Positions 21,420-30,394 of a DNA stretch of 64,000 nt are shown one piece after another. The notes under the pieces were generated by a model. That model did no database searches and was not told where the DNA came from. It saw only the letters and a program-made list of their open reading frames with translations. The DNA is taken from contig CDROCS010006097.1 of NCBI GenBank assembly GCA_977020255.1, positions 1-64,000 of the forward strand, in the 5' to 3' direction. Every line of letters starts with the position of its first letter. Position 1 is the stretch's first letter. Source of the stretch: Obrimoposthia wandeli (taxonomy: Eukaryota). A program made the position numbers and the translations under genes.

Positions 21420-22292
21420 CTAACTAAATAAAAAGAGAAACTTCTGCCGTAATTGATCAACAAAACGCATTTTGGCAGGTGATAAATGCTCTCCATGGAG
21501 TAACCTGATCTCTCTCTGCCCTAATATAGGTAGCTCCCACTGGGTTGGAGCCACTCTCAGTTCAGTTGGAATGTTATTGTCTGCAATAATAGTTAGGCCC
21601 ATACCGGCAATAACTGCCGCTTGAATACTCATGGAACCCTGTGCTGAAAAAACAATGCGATAGGGGACTCCCAGTGTTTTCAATAACTTCATAGTATGCT
21701 CTCGGTAAAGGCAACCTTCTGGATGAAGTGATAGTGGTAAGGGTTGTCCTGGTTGGTAATTAAAGCTTGGACTGCAGACCCATTCTAAGTTGGTTGTTGC
21801 TAGCCTTTCACCTGCAAGTTGGCCGGGAATTGCACTGACAATCGCAATGTCTAATTGGTTATCACCAGTCATTTTAATGAGATCACCGCTCAAGCGCATG
21901 ATGAGTTCAACGTCTATCTCGTTGCTTAACTGAAGCTCATTGGCCATGACTGTTTGAAAAAAATAATTAGCTTGATCCTCTTCTAATCCCAGTTTAAGCA
22001 CTTCCTTGTGAGTGGCTTTACACAACATGTCTACCATTCGATCATGTTGCTCCAATATCGCGACGGCCTCAGGTAGCAGTAATTTACCGTCCGCCGTTAG
22101 TCTAAGACTATGATAATTACGGTGAAATAAACTGGCTCCTAGCTGTTGTTCAAGCTTTTTCATACGTAATGAAAGTGCCGTTTGCGAGCAGTGCATTCTT
22201 TGTGCTGCACTGGTAAATGAGCCAAGTTTTTCAGCCAGTACAAAACTGCGTAACGCAATAATATCCATATTCACCATACTGGCCATAAGCAA
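21420..22292 (-). CDS. LysR family regulator
   Basis: LRSFV..GSFTSAA..MHCSQTALSLRMKKLE..LG..LF.R HTH. Confidence 0.92.
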   Translation of the reverse strand: MLMASMVNMDIIALRSFVLAEKLGSFTSAAQRMHCSQTALSLRMKKLEQQLGASLFHRNYHSLRLTADGKLLLPEAVAILEQHDRMVDMLCKATHKEVLKLGLEEDQANYFFQTVMANELQLSNEIDVELIMRLSGDLIKMTGDNQLDIAIVSAIPGQLAGERLATTNLEWVCSPSFNYQPGQPLPLSLHPEGCLYREHTMKLLKTLGVPYRIVFSAQGSMSIQAAVIAGMGLTIIADNNIPTELRVAPTQWELPILGQREIRLLHGEHLSPAKMRFVDQLRQKFLFLFS

Positions 22293-22434
22293 ACCTTTTA
22301 GCAGTTATAAAAAACTTGAAGTTTACTGCTGGCAGTCGACTAAGTAAAGTCAATGCCTATCAGTGGTGATAATGCCAACGCGTCGCTTGGCTTGAGAAAC
22401 CTCACAATCAACTAAATATAATAAATGGTGATTT

Positions 22435-23646
22435 ATGGACGAGATAGAACCGATAAGTATCGATAGTTATCAAACAGGGCGCTCCTTCCCCAAAGAAGTA
22501 CTATTTGATAAATCTAGAATGAAAAGGCTGTTTAGAAATAAGTGGTTCTTTGTTGGCACGCGAGGTGATGTACCAACGATTGGTAGTTATCTATCATTTG
22601 ATCTATTTGAAGAGTCCTACTTTCTCATCCATGGTGATGATGGAGAAATAAGATGTCTAGTGAATCGTTGTGCTCATCAAAGTGCACGCTTAATTACACA
22701 GGATAGTGGTAAAACATTGGCAAAAATTATCTGCCCCAATCATCAGTGGACTTATAATTTGAATGATGGGAGCTTAAATTCTGCGGCCAGGATGCCCAAA
22801 GATTTCGCACAATCTCAGGCGGGAAAAAATTGCGGCCTAGATAGTATAAAGATCGAAGAAGTTGAAGGGATGGTATTTGCATGCTTGGGGAACGGTGGCT
22901 CTGCAATAGAGAGTACCGCTGCAATAGAGGATGTCATTAAGCCGTACATTCAAGATTATAACGTTGGTAAAGGCGGTTATAAGCTAGCCTACCATGAGAG
23001 AGTAGAGCTAGATGCCAATTGGTTGGTAGTGATGTTGAACAACAGAGAGTGCTGCCACTGTCAGATGAACCATCAAGGTCTACTTAAATTATTTAGCGAT
23101 GATAGTTTTAATGGCAGTAAAAATTCGAGATATTTAGCGTTGTTTGAAGCGGCCACTCAGCGATGGGAAGCAAGCGGATTAATGTGGAAAGAAGAGGCAT
23201 TTGCTAAGCATGACAGCTGTCGTATTGCACGCTACCCGATGAAAAAAGGTTATAAGTCGACAAGCTTTGATGGTGAACCCTGCAGTAAAAAATTAATAGG
23301 GCCGCATAAAGAATACGATGAAGGTACGTTGTCATTTTGGTTCAATCCTAATGCTTGGATTCACTTTGCTAGTGATCATATTGCTACCAATTGGGTGTTA
23401 CCTATAGACGAAAATAAATGTGTTTTATACACCAGTTGGATCGTTCATGAGGATGCCGTTGAAGGAGAAGATTATCACCATAAGCATATGACTGATGTTT
23501 GGAAAGTCACTAATGCTGAGGATGAAGCATTGTGCCAGTCAATGACTAAAGGGGCCGCATCTGAGTATTATAAACCCGGCTACTTTTCAGCGGATGAACG
23601 TCATTGTCAGCAATTTTGTACATGGTATATGGAGCATTCCAAATAA
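22435..23646 (+). CDS. Rieske non-heme iron oxygenase alpha subunit (GbcA/betaine demethylase-like)
   Basis: Rieske C-x-H (RCAH) and C-x2-H (CPNH); NNRECCHCQMNH and NAED mononuclear-iron ligands. Confidence 0.9.
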   Translation: MDEIEPISIDSYQTGRSFPKEVLFDKSRMKRLFRNKWFFVGTRGDVPTIGSYLSFDLFEESYFLIHGDDGEIRCLVNRCAHQSARLITQDSGKTLAKIICPNHQWTYNLNDGSLNSAARMPKDFAQSQAGKNCGLDSIKIEEVEGMVFACLGNGGSAIESTAAIEDVIKPYIQDYNVGKGGYKLAYHERVELDANWLVVMLNNRECCHCQMNHQGLLKLFSDDSFNGSKNSRYLALFEAATQRWEASGLMWKEEAFAKHDSCRIARYPMKKGYKSTSFDGEPCSKKLIGPHKEYDEGTLSFWFNPNAWIHFASDHIATNWVLPIDENKCVLYTSWIVHEDAVEGEDYHHKHMTDVWKVTNAEDEALCQSMTKGAASEYYKPGYFSADERHCQQFCTWYMEHSK

Positions 23647-23658
23647 CTAGTTAGCTTG

Positions 23659-24003
23659 TTAGCTTGTTACTAAAGGTATCATCCGTTCTATATTTGGCAA
23701 GTCAGCAAAGTAGAAGTGTTCGCGAAACCTAATATTTACAGAGAAACCACTGTTATTTTCACGTAATAACGGTGGGTACTGGCTCATCCCCCTCTCTTCC
23801 TTCTTGGTTGTATCCCTCACGATGTACGAGAACGTAGAACCAAGCTGAAAATTCAGATTCATTTGTCTTAGCGTATAATTCAGTGAGACTGGAAATGCCA
23901 TTGAATCGCACTCATGCTGTGCGAATGAGTTTTGTTGTGAGGTTTGATCGGATCGAAAAGCTTCTAAATTAAGTACGTTGGCGCGGTATTTTCTTCTCCT
24001 CAT
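23659..24003 (-). CDS. Hypothetical protein
   Basis: 114 aa with AGAGGT RBS; no recognisable family. Confidence 0.35.
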   Translation of the reverse strand: MRRRKYRANVLNLEAFRSDQTSQQNSFAQHECDSMAFPVSLNYTLRQMNLNFQLGSTFSYIVRDTTKKEERGMSQYPPLLRENNSGFSVNIRFREHFYFADLPNIERMIPLVTS

Positions 24004-24110
24004 TTACCACCTCTAACAAAGCACTAGTTTTAACGTTTCAAATTAGGTTATTCTTGTACGGTGAGTTATGTAATAACTTATCTCAGACTCCTTTTTTGAA
24101 GGAAGAGAAT

Positions 24111-24824
24111 ATGAAGAGTATTTTGTTAATCTTTGGCTGTACTTTAATCTACAGTACAACACTATTCGCCGCACCTGAGCTGATTTTTGCCCAAATTAAG
24201 AATACTCCCGATCAACAAATCGGCGCAAGCATTCTAAAAATCGCTTATGGCAGGCTGGGTATTCCGATTAAGTTTGTAGAGATGCCAGGTAAAAGAGCAC
24301 TGCAAGAATCCAGTAATGGCCGGATTGACGGTGAGGTGCATCGAATTATTGAAGTCGGTGAAGAATTTTCAACGCTCATCAGAGTGCCTACAGCAATCAA
24401 CTATATAGAACCGACTGTTTTCTCGAAAAACTATGATTTCAAGGTAACAAACTGCGCTGCGTTGAAAGAATATACCATAGGTATAGTGGGCGGTATCAAG
24501 CACGCAGAGTTGTGTACTAAAGGAATGGATTACGTGCAAGAATTCGGTTATAGCCCAAAGATGATGGAACTACTTCATCTAGGCAGAATAGATCTCGCTA
24601 TTACGGCCAAAATAAATGGTTTGCTGTTAGCTAAAAGTATGAATTTACAGCATATTAGCCCGTTATCACCTCCTTTACGGAAGATGCAGGTTTATCACTA
24701 CTTACACCAGAAAAACAAAGATATCGTGCCAAAAATCAATCAAGTATTTCTGGAGATGCAACGCTCAGGTGAGCTGGTAGAATTACGTGAGAAAGCAATC
24801 AAAATGTTATTACAAAAGTACTGA
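24111..24824 (+). CDS. Solute-binding protein family 3-like periplasmic protein
   Basis: Signal peptide MKSILLIFG; PGKRALQ..SNGRIDGE..R; YHYLH.KNKDIVPKINQV. Confidence 0.75.
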   Translation: MKSILLIFGCTLIYSTTLFAAPELIFAQIKNTPDQQIGASILKIAYGRLGIPIKFVEMPGKRALQESSNGRIDGEVHRIIEVGEEFSTLIRVPTAINYIEPTVFSKNYDFKVTNCAALKEYTIGIVGGIKHAELCTKGMDYVQEFGYSPKMMELLHLGRIDLAITAKINGLLLAKSMNLQHISPLSPPLRKMQVYHYLHQKNKDIVPKINQVFLEMQRSGELVELREKAIKMLLQKY

Positions 24825-24975
24825 TATTGAATAAATATTATATTGATTGCCATGAGGAGTTTCTTGCTCTCATTTGTTTTTATACCCGTGATTTTCATCT
24901 CCGAGCTTAGGGCATCAGTAATAGGTGGGTGTTAATGTCAGTCGTAACAGTTTGTGCAGCAGGTCGTACTAGGCG

Positions 24976-25380
24976 ATGGATGAGCAAGTTAAAACTAAAA
25001 TAGAGACCTATCCTTTAAATGTAAGGCCGATGTTCCTTAGTATTCGCCAGTTGATCTATCAGATTGCTGAGGATGAGTCACTCGGTGAGGTGGTTGAATC
25101 GTTAAAATGGGGCGAGCCTAGCTATCAGTCTAAAAGTGGCAGCGCGGTTAGGATCGATTGGAAAAAATCGTCGCCATCATGTCTTTCACTGTATTTTCAT
25201 TGCCAAACTTCTTTGGTCGACACGTTTAAGCAAATATACCCAGATACGTTCCATTTTATAGGCAACAGAGAAATCGCTCTAGCTTGCGCGCAAGAGGTTC
25301 CCGTAGTGCAATTACAAGTGTGTCTTTCAATGGCGCTGCGCTATCACAAGATTAAGCATTTATCGCTCCTAGGTTCATAG
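24976..25380 (+). CDS. DUF1801 domain protein
   Basis: ESLKWGEPSY..K.GS.VRIDWK..P..LYFHCQT.LVDTF..GNRE pattern. Confidence 0.8.
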   Translation: MDEQVKTKIETYPLNVRPMFLSIRQLIYQIAEDESLGEVVESLKWGEPSYQSKSGSAVRIDWKKSSPSCLSLYFHCQTSLVDTFKQIYPDTFHFIGNREIALACAQEVPVVQLQVCLSMALRYHKIKHLSLLGS

Positions 25381-25436
25381 TACCGACGACTTAAGGTAAA
25401 GTTGATCAAATTTTAAAGCAGAAGACAGATCAGAAA

Positions 25437-25910
25437 ATGAAATTACCTATTACGATTGGCGCAAGGACTACGACTGATCATGTCAGGATATTACTCAGCT
25501 CATATCGTGAATGTTTTAAGCAACCGTTAATTACTGGATATGATGAGCTAGAAGAGGCTTTTGAAATGCTCTGGCAAGCGGATTTTGTCTTGTTATCTCA
25601 CGGCACCGAAGAAGACCCGCTGTTTAATTTTGGCAACCAACAAGCACTCGCACGTTTCGAGATAGAATATAAAAATTTGGTCGAATTACCTTCCAGAAAG
25701 TCAGCGGGAATCAGTACACAGCAAGAACGTAATAAGCTGTTGGAAACGGTGACAAACCAGGGGTATATTGATAATTATTGTGGTATTCGAACCTCGACAT
25801 CGGGTAAGCAGTTTTATATCGAAAACGCCAAAGTTTGGAATTTAACCGATGAAGAGGGGGGGTATTGCGGCCAAGCCGCTATGTTCGATAAATGGACAGA
25901 TATAAGCTAA
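25437..25910 (+). CDS. Stand-alone MEKHLA (PAS-like) domain protein
   Basis: LLSHGTEEDPLFNFGNQQAL..FE...LPSR.SA..ER..G..DNY.GIR.S..GKQF.I...VWNL.D..G..GQAA.F. Confidence 0.85.
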   Translation: MKLPITIGARTTTDHVRILLSSYRECFKQPLITGYDELEEAFEMLWQADFVLLSHGTEEDPLFNFGNQQALARFEIEYKNLVELPSRKSAGISTQQERNKLLETVTNQGYIDNYCGIRTSTSGKQFYIENAKVWNLTDEEGGYCGQAAMFDKWTDIS

Positions 25911-26183
25911 ATGTGTAAATCCAGTTTCTCGTAACTATGCCAAAACAGTGTACTGGTTATGATCGTTGCATTAAAAGCAAAGATATTAGTATCTGCTCTG
26001 CTAAGAATAGGTGATAGCGTACCAACGAAGACATACATTGAAGGTTCTGGATATGCTTGATGTAAAATAATCTACTGAGTACGCAGCATTCACAAAGTTG
26101 TGGTCGGAATAAGCATTGAGAGTAATCAAAAACGTACTAAAAGGATGCTGTGCAAGCGTAATCAGCGCACAACATCTTTGCTA

Positions 26184-27044
26184 TTATTCAATTTGCTTGT
26201 TTTTATTAAAGCGAAACTTGTGCCCAGGATATGTGCCGATTACTCGCATTTCACTGGAAAAATAGGCTAATTCTTGCAGTGCAAATTGCATTCGCTGTTC
26301 GTCCGGATGACCCTCTACATCCGCGTGAAAACTAGATACTGTCATGGTATCTGACGCCATATAACTCTCTAGCTTCACCATGTTAATACCGTTAGTCGCA
26401 AATCCTCCCATTGCTTTAAACAGCGCAGAGGGGATATTACGGACGGTGAACATGATAGTGGTGATAAACGTGGTATTGGTTTGAAATGTGGGTATCTGCT
26501 GCTCTTTCGCCAAAATGATAAAACGAGTTGTATTACCATCTCTATCTTGGAAGTTTTCTTTAATAATATCTAACTGATAGAGTTCAGCAGCGAGTTCAGA
26601 TGCAATGGCAGCGTGATTAGGCTGTTTGGTGAGTGCTAGCTCTTCTGCTGAGCCGGCGGTATCTAAATGAGCTATTTGGCTCAAACCTAGGGCTTGGATA
26701 GATTTATTACACTGGGCTAGGGCTTGAGGATGAGAAGAGACCGTTGCCAACTGATCTATGTGCGTGCCTGGTAGTGCTAAGAGACAGTGATTTACCGGTT
26801 CGAAGTGCTCACTAATAATATGCAGTTGAGTTTGCGGCATGAGACGATAAATTTCTTCCACACGTCCAGCCGTGGAGTTTTCCAATGGAATCATTGCCAG
26901 TAGTGCATCGCCACGTTCAACCATATACATTGCTTGAGCAAAGCTCGAACAAGGGTGGGCTTTCATTTTAGGGAATACTTTTTTGCAAGATAGATGGGAG
27001 TAAGCGCCAGCATATCCCTGATAGGCAATTGTATTGGTACTCAT
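26184..27044 (-). CDS. pheA: Monofunctional prephenate dehydratase
   Basis: AYQG..GAYSH, PLENSTAGRV, SHPQALAQC, NTTRF, ACT domain with KLESY; no chorismate mutase domain. Confidence 0.92.
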   Translation of the reverse strand: MSTNTIAYQGYAGAYSHLSCKKVFPKMKAHPCSSFAQAMYMVERGDALLAMIPLENSTAGRVEEIYRLMPQTQLHIISEHFEPVNHCLLALPGTHIDQLATVSSHPQALAQCNKSIQALGLSQIAHLDTAGSAEELALTKQPNHAAIASELAAELYQLDIIKENFQDRDGNTTRFIILAKEQQIPTFQTNTTFITTIMFTVRNIPSALFKAMGGFATNGINMVKLESYMASDTMTVSSFHADVEGHPDEQRMQFALQELAYFSSEMRVIGTYPGHKFRFNKNKQIE

Positions 27045-27156
27045 TGTGACAGCTAACCCCTAAAACGTAGTAAGGAAAAGCAGCATTTGGCTGCGCTGAG
27101 AAAATACTCTTTTTTATCACTAAGCGCCAGAAAAATTCGTCACTAAGATGACTGCA

Positions 27157-28350
27157 CTATGTATTAGCTGTCTTAGTACGAGTGGTGTAGATAAAATAAA
27201 CGGGGGTTAGTACAGCAGCGATGATATAGCTGTGGTTTAGCACGGTATATACATTACTGTCCCAGTATGTCCAAGCGAGTAAACCGAAAAATGCAATTAA
27301 AGCACTTTGCGAGTAATAGCTTTTCATTAGAATATAGGGCGCATCGGGGTAATGCAGTGCTAAATCGTAAAAACGTTTATTGAACGCCAGACGAAACAGA
27401 GCAGTGAGGAAGGCAATTGTACATAAATAAAGGAACTGGCTAACCAAACTTAAATTATCATCTAAGTTTGCACGCAGTAACCAAGAAGCTAGATAACCGA
27501 CTACAGATACGGTGTAAACCAGCTGCTCAGGCATTCGGTCAATATACTTTTTCAAAACAAAGAACACCACAGATAATGCGATGGTGATAGCAATAATCAT
27601 AAAACCAAGCTGCATGAAGCTCTGCTTTAGAATAAGAAAAAGCGATAATAGCCAAAAATAACTCTCAAGAAAGAGAAAGAAGCCATCTAGCGCAAATACT
27701 TCTCGCGAACGATACTTGTCCTTAAAACGAATCACTTGATTAATAGGTACGGTTGCCCATCGTCTAAAAGGCCAATCAAGGGGCCCTTTGAGTTGGATGA
27801 CCAGCGCAAAACTAACGATACTGAGAAGGGCCGAAATGGCGAGTAACCATCCCATGTGGTCTTTATCTAGCAGGGCGCCACCCAGAAAAACCCCCAGCTT
27901 TAAGAATGCGACCACAAACACTTGAAAGTTACCGTATCGATCCCCGGTATTGTGGCTGCTACTGCGTTGAATGAAAAGTGCGCGTTGAGTGGTCCAGAAA
28001 AAACACTGGTATAACCCGTAACTGGCAGCAATTAAATAAACATAGTGATGCGTTTCAGCAATATGCGGTGCGCACAACACTAATGTTGTAATCATGGTGA
28101 GCTCTAATAAGTAGCATAGCCCAAGTAAGCTGCGTGGGCTCAACAGTGCTTTTACTCTGTCCCACAGCCACATGCCTAAGGTGAACGTGACGGCACTAGC
28201 GGCGATAAACAAACAAATCTCGCCTAAACTCAATCCTTGTTTATAGAGGAAAACGGGGAGAAAAAAAGGAAAGAGACCAATCAAAAAAGAGTGGCTGCAA
28301 ACAAAAAGATAAAATTGCTTTTGTTGCAGCGCTGCTTGGTTAGCTGTCAT
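27157..28350 (-). CDS. MFS-type transporter
   Basis: 397 aa, about 12 hydrophobic segments; start overlaps the upstream stop (TAATG). Confidence 0.75.
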   Translation of the reverse strand: MTANQAALQQKQFYLFVCSHSFLIGLFPFFLPVFLYKQGLSLGEICLFIAASAVTFTLGMWLWDRVKALLSPRSLLGLCYLLELTMITTLVLCAPHIAETHHYVYLIAASYGLYQCFFWTTQRALFIQRSSSHNTGDRYGNFQVFVVAFLKLGVFLGGALLDKDHMGWLLAISALLSIVSFALVIQLKGPLDWPFRRWATVPINQVIRFKDKYRSREVFALDGFFLFLESYFWLLSLFLILKQSFMQLGFMIIAITIALSVVFFVLKKYIDRMPEQLVYTVSVVGYLASWLLRANLDDNLSLVSQFLYLCTIAFLTALFRLAFNKRFYDLALHYPDAPYILMKSYYSQSALIAFFGLLAWTYWDSNVYTVLNHSYIIAAVLTPVYFIYTTRTKTANT

Positions 28351-29261
28351 TAATAGGTATCAGTTTGGCTGATATTTAAGGCATCAAGTTTAGCGTAATA
28401 CGGGCTTAAATCTTCACGTTGGCCTTGACGGGGTACGTCGTGCATCTTCAAATAAGGACGGGAATTTACTTCCAGTAGAATACATTTCTGTTGATCGAAA
28501 GGAACATCAATTCCTTTTTCCATAATGACATCTATGCCTAAAATGTTGGCGTTAAACGCTTTCAATACTTTGAGCAGCATTGTCTTATTGACGTCTGGAA
28601 TGGTATTTTTATCTAAAGTGTGGATCGTTCCACCCGGCGCAAGTGCAATGCGATAAAATAAGGTAACGGTTTCATTGAGAGCGGGCACAGAGTCAAAACT
28701 TAAGCCCTGTTTAGCCAAATACTTTGTTGTTAGATCTGTTTCTTTGATCGGATAGATAGTTGGAAAGAGCCCCATTTCTTGACGAGTATTATTCTCAGCT
28801 GCAGCCAAAGTGCGAATATTATCCTCACCATTTCCAGTCACCGTGGGCGGGAAGCGTTCAATGGCCGACATGATTTCACCATCAATGACAACGACGCGGT
28901 AATTATGGCCCTGTAAGTATTGTTCTATTACAGTGGTTGGCCACCAAATTTTGGCGAGTAGCAACGCTTTATAGAGTTCTTTGTAATTGCGAATAGGAAA
29001 ATAACTACCGCGCGAAAATCCGCTGACATTAGGTTTAATAACAAGTGGAAAGCCATGCTCTTTGACGAAATTATGAGCGGCTAGCGGGCCAAAAATTATC
29101 TTTCCTTTAGCATGCGGAATATCGTTAGCGGCAAAAGTGTCACGGGCTTGTTTTTTGGAACGACAGCCGCGGCGTACATCTAACGAATTGTAACTACTAC
29201 AGTCAGACATGAACTTTTGACTAACCCAAGCATAAATTTTACGTTTAATTGCGAACATCAC
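28350..29261 (-). CDS. Stand-alone CphA/GshF-type ATP-grasp ligase
   Basis: GFPLVIKP, IEQYLQG.NYRVVVIDG, R.PPTVTGNG, GGT, GIDVI, LEVNSRP; lid insertion typical of cyanophycin/glutathione synthetase ATP-grasp domains; no Mur-ligase or GshA domain. Confidence 0.8.
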   Translation of the reverse strand: MMFAIKRKIYAWVSQKFMSDCSSYNSLDVRRGCRSKKQARDTFAANDIPHAKGKIIFGPLAAHNFVKEHGFPLVIKPNVSGFSRGSYFPIRNYKELYKALLLAKIWWPTTVIEQYLQGHNYRVVVIDGEIMSAIERFPPTVTGNGEDNIRTLAAAENNTRQEMGLFPTIYPIKETDLTTKYLAKQGLSFDSVPALNETVTLFYRIALAPGGTIHTLDKNTIPDVNKTMLLKVLKAFNANILGIDVIMEKGIDVPFDQQKCILLEVNSRPYLKMHDVPRQGQREDLSPYYAKLDALNISQTDTY

Positions 29262-29265
29262 TAAC

Positions 29266-30111
29266 TCACTTAGTTCTAGGTTGGAATAAGGTTTTTTTGA
29301 TAAAAACTTTTTTACTTTCTTGATGTTTCGGGATCACTCCTACCAAGCTGACAAGGTGGTACATACTGGAAAGGATAAAGCGAAATTTTTCTTTGAATTC
29401 AACTGTTTTATCCATCAAGTTTATCGGCATTGGCAGGTAAAGGTTAATCTCAATGACTTTAAAATTACCTTGCTGTAGCGCTTCGAGCGACTCTGCACGC
29501 ACCCCAACGCGGGCAAAGTTATAATTCCCGATACAAGCGACACTTTTCCAAATATCGTTGAGCTGGTTTGGGTTTAGTTTGGCGGTCATAGAAGTATAAA
29601 AGGTGTGTTCGTTCTTAACACTGTTGACCGGTAAATCCATGCCACTGGTATTGGATGTTTCCGTTACGGTTAAGCAGGTGTAGCTCGAAAGCTCGCGATG
29701 ATCCCGAATATAAAAAATTTCAAACTCACGCTTCTCTTGAGCCGCTTCCTGAATCAAGTAGACCATTTTGCTATTCATGCAGTGGTTGCGTATATAGGCA
29801 AGTTCAGTGGCGTTGTCAGCGCGGCGTACGCCTTGACCATTTTGGCCCCACTCTGGTTTTACAAATACAGGAAAGCGTTCAGGGACCAGTAAACCATCAT
29901 CTATCGATTGCTTCAGGCGCCAGCTTGGCGGGATGTTCTGATCGATATCATTTTTAGAATAGATCCCTAGTGCTTCATTGAAATGCGCTGCGTTAATTTG
30001 AAAATAACGCCAAGGTGCTTTTAGGCGTCTTATACAGGTCAAAATGAAGGTGATAACTAATAAAAATCTAATCAGCATATAAAGTCCTTTAACATTCAAT
30101 TGATTGCTCAA
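29266..30111 (-). CDS. Divergent ATP-grasp (carboxylate-amine ligase-like) protein
   Basis: FPVFVKPEWGQNGQGV, YLIQE..EFEIFY, FKVIEIN; hydrophobic N-terminus; 4 nt from the next gene. Confidence 0.65.
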   Translation of the reverse strand: MSNQLNVKGLYMLIRFLLVITFILTCIRRLKAPWRYFQINAAHFNEALGIYSKNDIDQNIPPSWRLKQSIDDGLLVPERFPVFVKPEWGQNGQGVRRADNATELAYIRNHCMNSKMVYLIQEAAQEKREFEIFYIRDHRELSSYTCLTVTETSNTSGMDLPVNSVKNEHTFYTSMTAKLNPNQLNDIWKSVACIGNYNFARVGVRAESLEALQQGNFKVIEINLYLPMPINLMDKTVEFKEKFRFILSSMYHLVSLVGVIPKHQESKKVFIKKTLFQPRTK

Positions 30112-30394
30112 TTGAATACTGGCTCAGCTGCGGATAAAACGATATTAGCCGTCAGCTTAAAAATAGTTAATTTTATTTAATTCATCATAAATAAAACCGT
30201 TGTAACTATAAGTATTTACGCCCAGTAAGCGTCTATAGATTCAAAATAAGGGGATAAAAACTAAGGTTATTCTAGATAAAGTAAAGATTAGCTCACTTTG
30301 AGGACAACACTCATTTTAAACCCGGTACTTCAGCTATATCCGCAAATAGCGAATAAGCTGAGTGGGGTGATTTTAATCACTTATGCGAGGATGA

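Noticed and set aside
28350-29261. Cyanophycin synthetase or glutathione synthetase GshF call
   Set aside because: Only the ATP-grasp module is present (303 aa); Mur-ligase and GshA domains are absent.
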